Below are positions 20,508-29,414 of a DNA stretch of 64,000 nucleotides, one piece after another. Under the pieces are notes generated by a model. The model made no database searches, had not been told where the DNA came from, and saw nothing but the letters and a program-made list of their open reading frames with translations. Position 1 is the stretch's first letter; the number at the start of each line of letters is the position of its first letter. Source of the DNA: Methanotrichaceae archaeon (GTDB lineage Archaea; Halobacteriota; Methanosarcinia; Methanotrichales; Methanotrichaceae); contig CAVWIG010000021.1 of NCBI GenBank assembly GCA_963754945.1, positions 43,010 through 107,009 of the forward strand. Reading direction: 5' to 3'. Both the position numbers and the translations under genes were made by a program.

Positions 20508-21578
20508 CTAGCTTATGACCTCTGATAGTGTATTCGTCTCCCTGGCCAGTTTTATCTCCTGGGCAATGCGTTTGCCGTTGGAGAGGTTGCGCTCGACCAG
20601 ATCAGAGTAAGGCGAGCCGCTGACGAATAGGTTGGTGCCTGCGACGATCCTGGCCGATATCTCGAAGACCTTGAACTCCAGCTCGTCTGTGACGATAGTC
20701 TCCAGGCTAAAGGGACCGATCATCCCTCCGAAAAGCTCGATGGACGTTTCGACCACCCGTTCGCCAAGCTCGAAGACCTTTGGAAGCAGTGACTCCCTGA
20801 GCACCAGGGGCAGGTTGCCGGTGACAACGAAGCTGGGATAGATCCCTGCCTCGGCCAGCTCGTTCATGGACCCGATCCGAAAGATCTCGTCGGCGTTCGA
20901 CTCGACTCTTCTGTCGATGCCTAACATGTCCAGGGTCCCTTTCTTTAGCTTGTATCCTTCTGTCTTTACGGGGGAATAGAAGAAATGAATGTAGTACCTG
21001 GTGCCGAGGATGAACTCCTGGATCGCGTACTTTGCCTGAGAGCTCATCTTGGCCTTGAACTCGTCCTTGTTCTTGGCTATGAAGAAGCCCCGGCCGCCTT
21101 TGGCCCCGTGGTACTTGACTATAACAGGCCGGTCTATGTCCTCCGCCCTCTCAAAACGCATGGGTATGTTGACCCCGGCCTTGAGCAACCACTCTCTCTC
21201 CATCTCCCGGTCGCTCTCCCAGGCTAAAACCCGGCGGTTGCCGAAAGTTGGGACTGCCAGGGACTCGAACTTGTCTATGCCCAGGTATTCTACCAGAGAA
21301 CCGTGCGGGATGATTATGGCGTTATCCTCCACAAGATCATCGCTGTGGTCCAGTAAGGCCTTGTAGCTGTCCAGGCGGACGAACTTGTCCGGCTTGGCCA
21401 GGGGAAAGGCGTCGTAGAACTTGGGTGGCTGGCCGATGCAGATGCCGATGGTCTTGAACCCCTCCTGTCGGGCGCCGTGAAATATCTGCAGGCTGCTGTG
21501 GGAGCAGATGGTGGCTATGGTAAGATCTCTCTTGTCGTATCCGTCCAGAATCTCTAAAATATCTTCCTTCGGAATCAT
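20508..21578 (-). CDS. purP: 5-formaminoimidazole-4-carboxamide ribonucleotide synthetase (formate-dependent)
   Basis: IATICSHSSLQI, PHGS, GAKGGRG, RESLLP and FEISARIVAGTN. Confidence 0.93.
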   Translation of the reverse strand: MIPKEDILEILDGYDKRDLTIATICSHSSLQIFHGARQEGFKTIGICIGQPPKFYDAFPLAKPDKFVRLDSYKALLDHSDDLVEDNAIIIPHGSLVEYLGIDKFESLAVPTFGNRRVLAWESDREMEREWLLKAGVNIPMRFERAEDIDRPVIVKYHGAKGGRGFFIAKNKDEFKAKMSSQAKYAIQEFILGTRYYIHFFYSPVKTEGYKLKKGTLDMLGIDRRVESNADEIFRIGSMNELAEAGIYPSFVVTGNLPLVLRESLLPKVFELGERVVETSIELFGGMIGPFSLETIVTDELEFKVFEISARIVAGTNLFVSGSPYSDLVERNLSNGKRIAQEIKLARETNTLSEVIS

Positions 21579-21687
21579 GTAGATAACCCTTGAAAGCGTG
21601 ACCTTTGAAACTGCTAGGTTGGGATACAGGTAGATATACCTTCCTCAAGATCGATCAGCTTAAAGCTTACAACGGGGATTGGATGTC

Positions 21688-22224
21688 ATGAAGTCCTCCT
21701 TCAAGAGAGATACTAAAGAGACCAAGATCTCAGTAACCTTGGAGACCGACGGCTCAGGGTCGAACGAAGTCGCCACAGGGATCGAGCTTCTGGACGAGAT
21801 TCTGGTTGTATTAGCAAAATCATCCGGGTTCGATTTGACTATAAAAGCTAAAGGCGACCTTGAGACAGGAGACCACCACACGACAGAGGACGTTGGCATT
21901 GCTCTAGGCAGTGTTCTTGGTAAGCTGATTCAGAATGGAATAGGCAGCTCCATGGTGCCTTCTGGAGAGTGCCTGGCTCTTGCAGCAGTTCGTTTCGGCG
22001 AGCCCGGATACTCCGGAGACTTCGAATTCCAGGCCCGGGAAATGGGCAGCATGGCCCTCGAGAACTTCAGCCACTTCGCCAGGTCCGTCGCCTACAACGG
22101 TCGCTTTACCCTTCACCTGAACGCAAAGGGCGGCGACGATCATCAGAAGATCGATTCTCTGACGGTTGCGCTAGGCAGGGCCTTGAGAAGAGCCGCAGCC
22201 GATGGCGTACAGGAAACAAGATGA
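21688..22224 (+). CDS. Imidazoleglycerol-phosphate dehydratase-like protein (degenerate HisB homolog)
   Basis: RDTKETKI, TGI, GDL..DHHTTEDVGIALG, TLHL and ALGRALRRA are HisB-like. The second HHxxE motif and other ligands are altered. Confidence 0.75.
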   Translation: MKSSFKRDTKETKISVTLETDGSGSNEVATGIELLDEILVVLAKSSGFDLTIKAKGDLETGDHHTTEDVGIALGSVLGKLIQNGIGSSMVPSGECLALAAVRFGEPGYSGDFEFQAREMGSMALENFSHFARSVAYNGRFTLHLNAKGGDDHQKIDSLTVALGRALRRAAADGVQETR

Positions 22225-22247
22225 ATTAAGCTGCAATATCTCTTTGG

Positions 22248-23777
22248 CTATGTCGCCATCAGCGACTTCCCGGTCATGGCCCTCGGCACAGGAATGCCCA
22301 TGAGCTCCAATATAGTAGGAGCCACATCGGCCAGGACGCCGCCTTCTCTGAGCTTGTGCACCTTCCCATCATCCAGGATCAGAACAAAGGGCACTGGATT
22401 GGTTGTGTGAGCAGTGTGTGGCTGGCCGGTATCCAGGTCTATCATCTTCTCGGCATTGCCGTGGTCCGCGATCAGCAGAACAGCTCCGCCTTGAGCCAGA
22501 ATCCCTTCCACAACCCGGCCCACACAGGTATCAATTGTCTCCACCGCTTTCACAGCCGCTTCGAAGATGCCGGTGTGACCTACCATGTCCGGGTTGGCGA
22601 AGTTCAGGATTATTAGGTGGTAGTTGCCCGAGCGGATTCTCTCTACGACTGCATTGGTGACCAGGTAGGCGCTCATCTCTGGCTGGAGATCGTAGGTCGC
22701 AACCTTGGGCGAGGGTATCAGAACCCTGTCCTCGCCGGGGTTGGGCCTCTCCTTGCCTCCGTTGAAGAAATAGGTCACGTGGGCGTACTTCTCAGTCTCT
22801 GCGATTCGAAGCTGCTTATGGCCTGATCGGCTTATTATTTCTCCAAGGGTATCGTCCAGGTTCTGAGGAGCATAGGCCACGGGGGCATTTATGGTGGCAT
22901 CGTACTGGGTCATGCAGACGAAGTTAACTCTGATGTTAGCCCGCTCAAACTCTCTGAAGTCGGGGTCCACAAAGGCCCGCGTGATCTCCCTGGCCCTGTC
23001 GGGACGGAAGTTGAAGAAGATGATGCAGTCCCCGTCCTCGATGAGCCCGTGCTGATCAACGATGGTTGGCTTGAGAAATTCATCGCTTTCGTCTCGGTTG
23101 TAGCTATCGGTAACCGCCTGCTCAGGCGTCCCGGCTCGGTAGCCTTTGCCTTCCGTCATGGCGCGGTATCCCTGCTCCACCCTATCCCAGCGCTTGTCTC
23201 TGTCCATTGTGTAGTAGCGGCCGGCAACTGTCGCCACCTTGCCGATTCCGATCGTTCTCATCTTGGAATCTAGCTCCTGGAAATAAGTAAGAGCGCTCTT
23301 TGGAGGGACATCTCTTCCATCAAGCACAGCATGGATATAGACGTCTTTTAATCCCCTCTCCTTTGCCATCTCAAGAAGCGCGTAGAGATGAGTGTTGTGG
23401 CTGTGGACCCCGCCATCCGAGAGGAGTCCAAGAAAGTGTTGCTTCTTGCCATTTAATGTGGCCTTATCCATGACCTCTATTAAAACAGGATTCTCCCTCA
23501 GCCTGTTTTCTTCCACAGCTAAGCTTATTCTGGTGTAATCCTGATAAACTACTCTGCCCGCCCCTAAATTCAGGTGGCCAACCTCGGAGTTGCCCATCTG
23601 CCCTTTGGGCAGTCCAACCGCAAGGCCTGAAGCGGCGATGGTTGTGTTGGGATATTTCCGCATCAACGTATCTATGTTGGGCTTCCTCGCGCCAGCTACT
23701 GCATTTCCCTTTTTTTCGGTGCTTATTCCATAACCGTCCATTATTACGAGAGCTAAAGGCTTTAGGCTGGAATTCAT
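22248..23777 (-). CDS. gpmI: 2,3-bisphosphoglycerate-independent phosphoglycerate mutase
   Basis: MDGYG, GQMGNSEVGH, SDGGVHSH, GRYYTMDRD, FNFRPDR, AETEKYAHVT, NPDMVGH and ADHGNAE. Confidence 0.96.
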   Translation of the reverse strand: MNSSLKPLALVIMDGYGISTEKKGNAVAGARKPNIDTLMRKYPNTTIAASGLAVGLPKGQMGNSEVGHLNLGAGRVVYQDYTRISLAVEENRLRENPVLIEVMDKATLNGKKQHFLGLLSDGGVHSHNTHLYALLEMAKERGLKDVYIHAVLDGRDVPPKSALTYFQELDSKMRTIGIGKVATVAGRYYTMDRDKRWDRVEQGYRAMTEGKGYRAGTPEQAVTDSYNRDESDEFLKPTIVDQHGLIEDGDCIIFFNFRPDRAREITRAFVDPDFREFERANIRVNFVCMTQYDATINAPVAYAPQNLDDTLGEIISRSGHKQLRIAETEKYAHVTYFFNGGKERPNPGEDRVLIPSPKVATYDLQPEMSAYLVTNAVVERIRSGNYHLIILNFANPDMVGHTGIFEAAVKAVETIDTCVGRVVEGILAQGGAVLLIADHGNAEKMIDLDTGQPHTAHTTNPVPFVLILDDGKVHKLREGGVLADVAPTILELMGIPVPRAMTGKSLMAT

Positions 23778-23900
23778 CGAAGACACAGCGAACAGGTAAT
23801 CAGGCAAAATATATAGGCCTGCTCCCAAGAAGATACAAAAACGACATGACTGGCCAAGAGTCGCTCATTCTGTACTGAAAGCTTTGAAACTAGACCGAAA

Positions 23901-24554
23901 CTAGAGACTGAATTTGCGCTCTTTGAAGCCGTGCTCTCCGATTAGAGGGACAAAGACTACACCCATCTTCTCCTCGACTGCGAAACCGTTCTTCCTGGTC
24001 ACCAACAGAAGCTCCTGGTAACCAACTCCAACCGGGATGACCAGCTTTCCTCCTACTTTTAGCTGGTCCTTGAGAGGTTCAGGGACGGCAGGGGCAGTAG
24101 CAGCAACGCTGATCCTGTCATAGGGCGCATGCTCTGGAAGCCCATTGCTACCATCTCCCTCGACCACTGTCACATTCAGTATGCCTGCCCTCTTGAGGGC
24201 CTCTCTAGCTCGACTCACAAGCTCTGGTACCCGTTCCACCGAATATACATGGCCTTCCGGTCCGATTATTTCAGCCATAACTGCTGCGTGATAGCCGCTT
24301 CCGCCACCTACCTCCAGGACATTCATGCCCTTCTGCAGGTCCAGGATGTCGCACATTATTGCCACCATGTGGGGAGCGGAGATTGTCTGGCCCTGACCGA
24401 TGGGCAGGGGAGTGTCATCGTAGGCTCGAGATCTGATCTCCTCCGGCACGAAAATCTCTCTGGGGACTCTGGTCATGGCCTGAAGAACCTTGTCTCCTAT
24501 CCGGCCACTCATGGACTCCAGCAGCACCTCTCGACTCAAAGCTCTCGACCCCAC
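23901..24554 (-). CDS. pcm: Protein-L-isoaspartate O-methyltransferase
   Basis: [37 protein letters not shown] and FVPLIG. Confidence 0.94.
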   Translation of the reverse strand: MGSRALSREVLLESMSGRIGDKVLQAMTRVPREIFVPEEIRSRAYDDTPLPIGQGQTISAPHMVAIMCDILDLQKGMNVLEVGGGSGYHAAVMAEIIGPEGHVYSVERVPELVSRAREALKRAGILNVTVVEGDGSNGLPEHAPYDRISVAATAPAVPEPLKDQLKVGGKLVIPVGVGYQELLLVTRKNGFAVEEKMGVVFVPLIGEHGFKERKFSL

Positions 24555-25099
24555 AACCGGACGATGTCTTTCGCCTCCGCTCTGTCGGAAAACCCCTCAC
24601 CACGCAGCTTGATCTTTACCACTTGGAAACGGATGCCATCTATCTCAAGAACCTCTCCTCGCTCGAATACGTCTTTACCAGATGCTTGAGTGCTCAAAGG
24701 ACGGGTCACGCCATTATTGTAAACGGAAACCTTGAGGGTCACGTTGTCGATGGCCCTGGCCCAAATGGTCTTGATCGATTCAGCAGGTGCTGTCTCCACT
24801 CGGCGATCGGTCTCCAAAGAAGTGATCTCCGTCAAGACGACGTCCTTGGCCCGGTCGTCTACTAGCAGCTCTCCGCCTACTCTAAGTTCCTCCTGGGCAG
24901 GAAGGTTTACGTTGTACGATTGGGCAGTCCCATCTCTATTAACGATAACCCTGACATTCGCCAGACGCTCTCGCTCCTTCTGGATGAGGTGAGTTGTTCC
25001 GCAATCTGCACACTTCATCAAGTTTTCTCGCCCGGACTTGACAACGACATGTTCAGTATCTTCGTCACACGCTGGACAGAAGATTTGATCTTGAGGCAT
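24536..25099 (-). CDS. Archaeal zinc-finger protein (HVO_0476/COG1326-like)
   Basis: CPAC...EH.V...CADCG, then ITSLE...[10 protein letters not shown]. Conserved neighbour of pcm in euryarchaeotes. Confidence 0.78.
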   Translation of the reverse strand: MPQDQIFCPACDEDTEHVVVKSGRENLMKCADCGTTHLIQKERERLANVRVIVNRDGTAQSYNVNLPAQEELRVGGELLVDDRAKDVVLTEITSLETDRRVETAPAESIKTIWARAIDNVTLKVSVYNNGVTRPLSTQASGKDVFERGEVLEIDGIRFQVVKIKLRGEGFSDRAEAKDIVRLWGREL

Positions 25100-25148
25100 A
25101 GTGGATATTTACCCGGCATGGTATTAAATATGACCGACTGGAGAACTA

Positions 25149-26330
25149 GTGCACCATAACGCAAGTTTTAAATCTTATAAAAGGTCTAGAATATAGATCG
25201 TGGCAAGAAAAACAAAATTCTGTGTGAAACTGGAAGAGAAAGAACGAGAAGAGTTGAACCAGTACATCCGTCGTGGGAAGTCGTCTGCAAGGAGTTTAAC
25301 TCGCGCAAGAATACTGCTCCTGGCCGATGGAGGGCAATCCGATGCGGAGATCATTGATGCATTGAAGGCGAGCAGAACGACAATAGTGAGGATAAGAAAG
25401 AGATATTTCGAGGGTGGCCTGGAATCTGCATTGAATGAAAGATCTCGCAGTGGAGCGCCTCCGAAGATAGATGCACGAGTTGAGGCTAAACTGACCGGCA
25501 TTGCTTGCTCAGATCCGCCTGAAGGCAGATCGAGATGGACGCTGAATCTATTGGCCGACAAGCTTGTTGAGCTGGGGGAAGTGGACTCGATCTCAGGAAT
25601 GAGCGTTTGCAGAGCGTTAAAAAAAATGAAATAAAGCCATGGCTCAAACAGCGATGGTGCATAGGGAGCATGACGAGCGAATATATCTGGAACATGGAAA
25701 ATGTATTAACTCTGTACGAGCAACCATATGATCCGAGGCATCCTGTGGTTTGTTTCGACGAGAGGCCATGCCAACTGATAGGCGATGTCTTAGTGCCTAT
25801 ACCCATGAAACCAGGCAGTCCGAAGAAGGTGCATTATGAATACGTCCGTAACGGGACATGTTGCATCCTTATTGCTTTTGATCTTCATGCAGGAAAAAGA
25901 ATGATTCGTGTCATGGAGCACAGGACAAGGGTGGACTACGCCCATTTCATGAAAGAACTTACCCAGCAATATCCAGGTGTAGAATCCATTCGATTGGTCC
26001 AGGATAATCTCAATACGCATACTTCAGGCTCATTTTATAATGCTTTTGCGCCTGAAGAGGCGTTTGAGCTGGCTAAGGAGTTCGAATATTATTATACGCC
26101 AAAGAAAGGTAGCTGGCTCAACATGGCTGAGATAGAACTCTCAGCCCTATCGAAGCAATGCCTCGATCGTCGGATTGGAGACATCGATACTTTAACCAAA
26201 GAGGCTTCGGTGTGGGCACAAGAACGTAACGCAAAAAAAACTACTGTAAGATGGAAATTCACGAAGAATGATGCAAGATTAAAGCTAAACAGGCATTATA
26301 TTAATTTGCAAAATTAATGTTATGGTGCAC
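25149..26330 (+). mobile_element. IS630-family insertion sequence
   Basis: TIR GTGCACCATAAC / GTTATGGTGCAC flanked by TA on both sides (25147-48 and 26331-32), within CTAG. Confidence 0.93.
25200..26317 (+). CDS. IS630 transposase; OrfA (HTH) and OrfB (DDE) joined by a -1 frameshift at an A8 run (25619-25626)
   Basis: RARILLLAD...GAPPK...WTLNLLA, then LKKNEIKPW, VCFDE, VQDNLNTH and YTPKKGSWLNMAEIE. Confidence 0.92.
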
Positions 26331-26497
26331 TAGCAAACAGCCAGAATGACTTAAGCATTAACTCAGGAGTTACGCCAATATATTATGTCATGATTCATAT
26401 CATAATCATATAATTTTTTTGAGCTATCATTTTTCATAAATCCGAGGAAAAATTTTTAAACAAGTAGGTGATATATATCAGAATTGGAGGACTTGGT

Positions 26498-26668
26498 ATG
26501 AAGAAGGTGGCTTTTTCTCAGGATGAGGAGTGCTGGAGCATAGCTGAGAGCATGATTGAGGAGATAGAGTTGATAAAAGGCAGGGAGATCGGAAGGTTAT
26601 CTACGGATGGTAAGGTCAAATGTAGTTTCAAGTGGTTGCTCATGAGGGGTGTAAAGATGTCAAAGTAA
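26498..26668 (+). CDS. Small hypothetical protein or gene remnant
   Basis: GGAGG RBS before the ATG. Short ORF in AT-rich inter-IS DNA with no recognisable motif. Confidence 0.3.
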   Translation: MKKVAFSQDEECWSIAESMIEEIELIKGREIGRLSTDGKVKCSFKWLLMRGVKMSK

Positions 26669-26877
26669 AGAAATAGTGGCAGACCACAGCTTAACAAATA
26701 TTCCAAATATTCCCCACAAACTTTTAAAATTAGTTTCTGATGATTGAACGCACTAGCTTATACAAATTATTAACATATTCAGCCACTTGAATCCCCGTCT
26801 GAAGAAATTTAATGGCATATATAAAAATTTTTTATCATCAATTAGCATATGCGGAAACATATCCATTGATAACTATT

Positions 26878-28288
26878 CTGTACTTTCCAACTTTTTCGTA
26901 TATTTATAATATCATCAGATTAAATTAGAATATAAATTTAATAAAAAAAAATAAAAAGTAAGGGTTTTATACTAGGATCAAATTCTCTCTTTTGGGAGTA
27001 GAATGATCAAAATAATAAAGGTACCATTACAATTAGAGCCGTTCTTGAATGAATTTCAGGATCTTTTTACGAAACCGAGTTATGGATCGTTTCGAGATTT
27101 GTGTGGAGCGTTAAGCGTGTGTGATAAATCCAAGACCGTTTCCAACCTTTGTGATACTATGGCCGAATGTAGGAAAGGAAAAAAAGCACGCTCTTCGTAC
27201 AATTGGTTCTTTAGCGATGCGAATTGGGACGAGGATGAAGTTGCTCAACGCAAAGTGGACCTTTTTATTGAGAAATTATGTTTAAAAGAAAATGATAGAA
27301 TGTTGTTAATAATTGATGACACATACAATGAGAAGGAAGGAACTCAAACGGAAGGTGTAGGAAAATTTTATGATCATAGTAAAGAAACCTACATTTGGGG
27401 TAACAATTTTGTTACCTCTGTTATCCAATCCAAAGGATTATTCATACCACATAAAGCTAAGATGTATATCAAGAATGATGACGAAAATGAGAATTTTAGA
27501 ACAAAAATGGAGATTGCCTTGGACGAGATCATTGAACCATTAGAAGTACCAAAAAGCATGGACCTTTATATCGTTTTCGATAGCTGGTGGTTTTCTTCTG
27601 ATCTCTTTAACAAGTGTCTCAAATTAGGGCATAATATAGTCTGCCAAATCAAATCTGATAAGAAAATCAGGATAAATAAGGACATGTGTTTTCAGGTTAG
27701 AGACTTAGCAAACCAAATTGAGGATAAGTATTTTATTAAGACAACTATTAGTGTTCGGGGCAAAAAGAAGACCTACTATGCATTTGAAAAGAAGGTAGTC
27801 ATAGACAAGGTAGGCGAAGTTAAACTTGTAGTCTCAAAGAGAAAAAAGGAGAGCACTACAAAATATTTTATAAGCACTAATGAATCGCTTTCGTCGAAAG
27901 AAATACTCTCAATTTACGAGGATAGATGGGATATCGAGACGGCCCACAGAGAGACAAATCAAAAATTAGGATTCAAAGATTACCAATTAAGAGAAAAACA
28001 ATCAATTGAAAGATTTATTCAGCTAGTCTTCTCAGTATGGACTGCGATTCTCTTATGGGAAATAGACAATCCGCCATCTGGGGACGGTTCAAATCCAAGA
28101 ACTATGGGCGACATGATCGACCTAGTAAAAATGCAAACATTAGGTGAAACATTTGAATATGTGCTGATGTATTTTAATATACCCGTACCGGAAGGCGGAT
28201 TGCTTTATATACTCAGAAGCATGGGATTGAAAATATAATTTGATATAATTTAGAAAATATAAATAAAGGAGAAACTTGGAAAGTACAG
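26878..28288 (+). mobile_element. IS701-like insertion sequence
   Basis: TIR CTGTACTTTCCAA / TTGGAAAGTACAG. Flanking direct repeat AACTATT (26871-26877 and 28289-28295). The exact end/TSD split is ambiguous by 1-2 bp. Confidence 0.88.
27003..28238 (+). CDS. IS701-family-like DDE transposase
   Basis: LIIDDT, VFDSWW and YEDRWDIETAHRETNQKLG. Confidence 0.9.
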   Translation: MIKIIKVPLQLEPFLNEFQDLFTKPSYGSFRDLCGALSVCDKSKTVSNLCDTMAECRKGKKARSSYNWFFSDANWDEDEVAQRKVDLFIEKLCLKENDRMLLIIDDTYNEKEGTQTEGVGKFYDHSKETYIWGNNFVTSVIQSKGLFIPHKAKMYIKNDDENENFRTKMEIALDEIIEPLEVPKSMDLYIVFDSWWFSSDLFNKCLKLGHNIVCQIKSDKKIRINKDMCFQVRDLANQIEDKYFIKTTISVRGKKKTYYAFEKKVVIDKVGEVKLVVSKRKKESTTKYFISTNESLSSKEILSIYEDRWDIETAHRETNQKLGFKDYQLREKQSIERFIQLVFSVWTAILLWEIDNPPSGDGSNPRTMGDMIDLVKMQTLGETFEYVLMYFNIPVPEGGLLYILRSMGLKI

Positions 28289-28410
28289 AACTATTGTTCT
28301 TCTCAAAATCAAGCGATAGAATCATCTTGAATTTATTAGATAAAATAGTTATTATGTATTCCTTCAAGAAATAACGAAAACTATAAATACCTATTTAGTA
28401 AGTACTTATT

Positions 28411-29094
28411 GTGGATTCGAAAGGGGACAGTCATTTGACATCGTCGTCCGATCTTGGAAGGGATCTTCAAAAGTTAAATCGCATGCTTCAAGCGGCACAC
28501 AGAAGCTCCATCGATATCAAGAACAGTTATGACTTCTATGTTTTGGCCGTCAAAGAGATGAACAAAGACAACATATCGGATGCATATCTGTACTGCGATC
28601 GATCAAGATACGAGCTAACCAATGCTGTGAATGATGCCAAGGTGAACTTGAAGGGAGTGAGGCTCCACAGCCTTAGATCGATCTCTTTTTTCTTCAAGCT
28701 CTACGGCTTGTACGCAGTGGTCTTCGGAATGCTCTCCACCCTTCTGTTCGGTTTTTTGATCTACCGCTATTCCGAACTCACAATCCTGGATGTTCCTCTG
28801 TGGGCATCCTTTTTTGCAGGCCTCGGATCATCGGCGCAGATTCTCTCGGGAGTCGTTGACGACCTGCGAAAGGAGGGCGCGGTGATAAGGTATAAAAGGG
28901 TCTGGTATACGGCTATCCCATTGCTGAGCCTGATATTCGGATACATGGCATACCTGCTATTTAGTTCAGGTCTAGTTGCCTTCAACGTGAACTCCCAGAG
29001 CAAGATCTTCTCATCCATGTTCGTCTGCTTTCTGACAGGGTTTTCCACAAATTGGCTCATCGATAAGCTGTCAAAGATATCCAATAACCTTTGA
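28411..29094 (+). CDS. Hypothetical membrane protein (helical N-terminal domain plus ~4 TM segments)
   Basis: Hydrophobic segments in the C-terminal half, ending FLTGFSTNWL. Confidence 0.7.
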   Translation: MDSKGDSHLTSSSDLGRDLQKLNRMLQAAHRSSIDIKNSYDFYVLAVKEMNKDNISDAYLYCDRSRYELTNAVNDAKVNLKGVRLHSLRSISFFFKLYGLYAVVFGMLSTLLFGFLIYRYSELTILDVPLWASFFAGLGSSAQILSGVVDDLRKEGAVIRYKRVWYTAIPLLSLIFGYMAYLLFSSGLVAFNVNSQSKIFSSMFVCFLTGFSTNWLIDKLSKISNNL

Positions 29095-29184
29095 GGTTTC
29101 CGTCAATGACTGATGACTTGAGAGCTAATTTTCACAGTGTTTTTGGATCTCAGACTGCATGTTCATTTATAGCAGACGAAAGAC

Positions 29185-29198
29185 CGCAAAATTTATAT
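29185..29198 (+). promoter_or_regulatory. Archaeal BRE/TATA-like element with no protein gene downstream on this strand
   Basis: CGCAAAA followed by TTTATAT at 29192-29198. Confidence 0.45.
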
Positions 29199-29219
29199 CG
29201 TTGAATGCCGTATCACGGC

Positions 29220-29321
29220 GATTGCCGTAAGATTAAAAGGGTAGGTGAGTGGGGATTGAGTCTACCAAACGATCGATCCGGCTGCCTTGAAGGGCACGCT
29301 GGTCGATCGTTCTTCGGCATC
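29220..29321 (+). ncRNA. Candidate structured ncRNA (closing stem plus two hairpins)
   Basis: GATTGCCGTAAGA pairs with TCTTCGGCATC, GGTAGG with TCTACC, AACGATCGA with TCGATCGTT, and TGCC with GGCA. Starts ~22 nt after the TATA-like box. Confidence 0.4.
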
Positions 29322-29414
29322 TATCGAATAGACCTCAACTTAGGCTTCGGACACGAACCGATGTCTCAGAGCTAATCCTGAAAGCGCATCGCACGGAATG
29401 CAAGACAATTGAAT

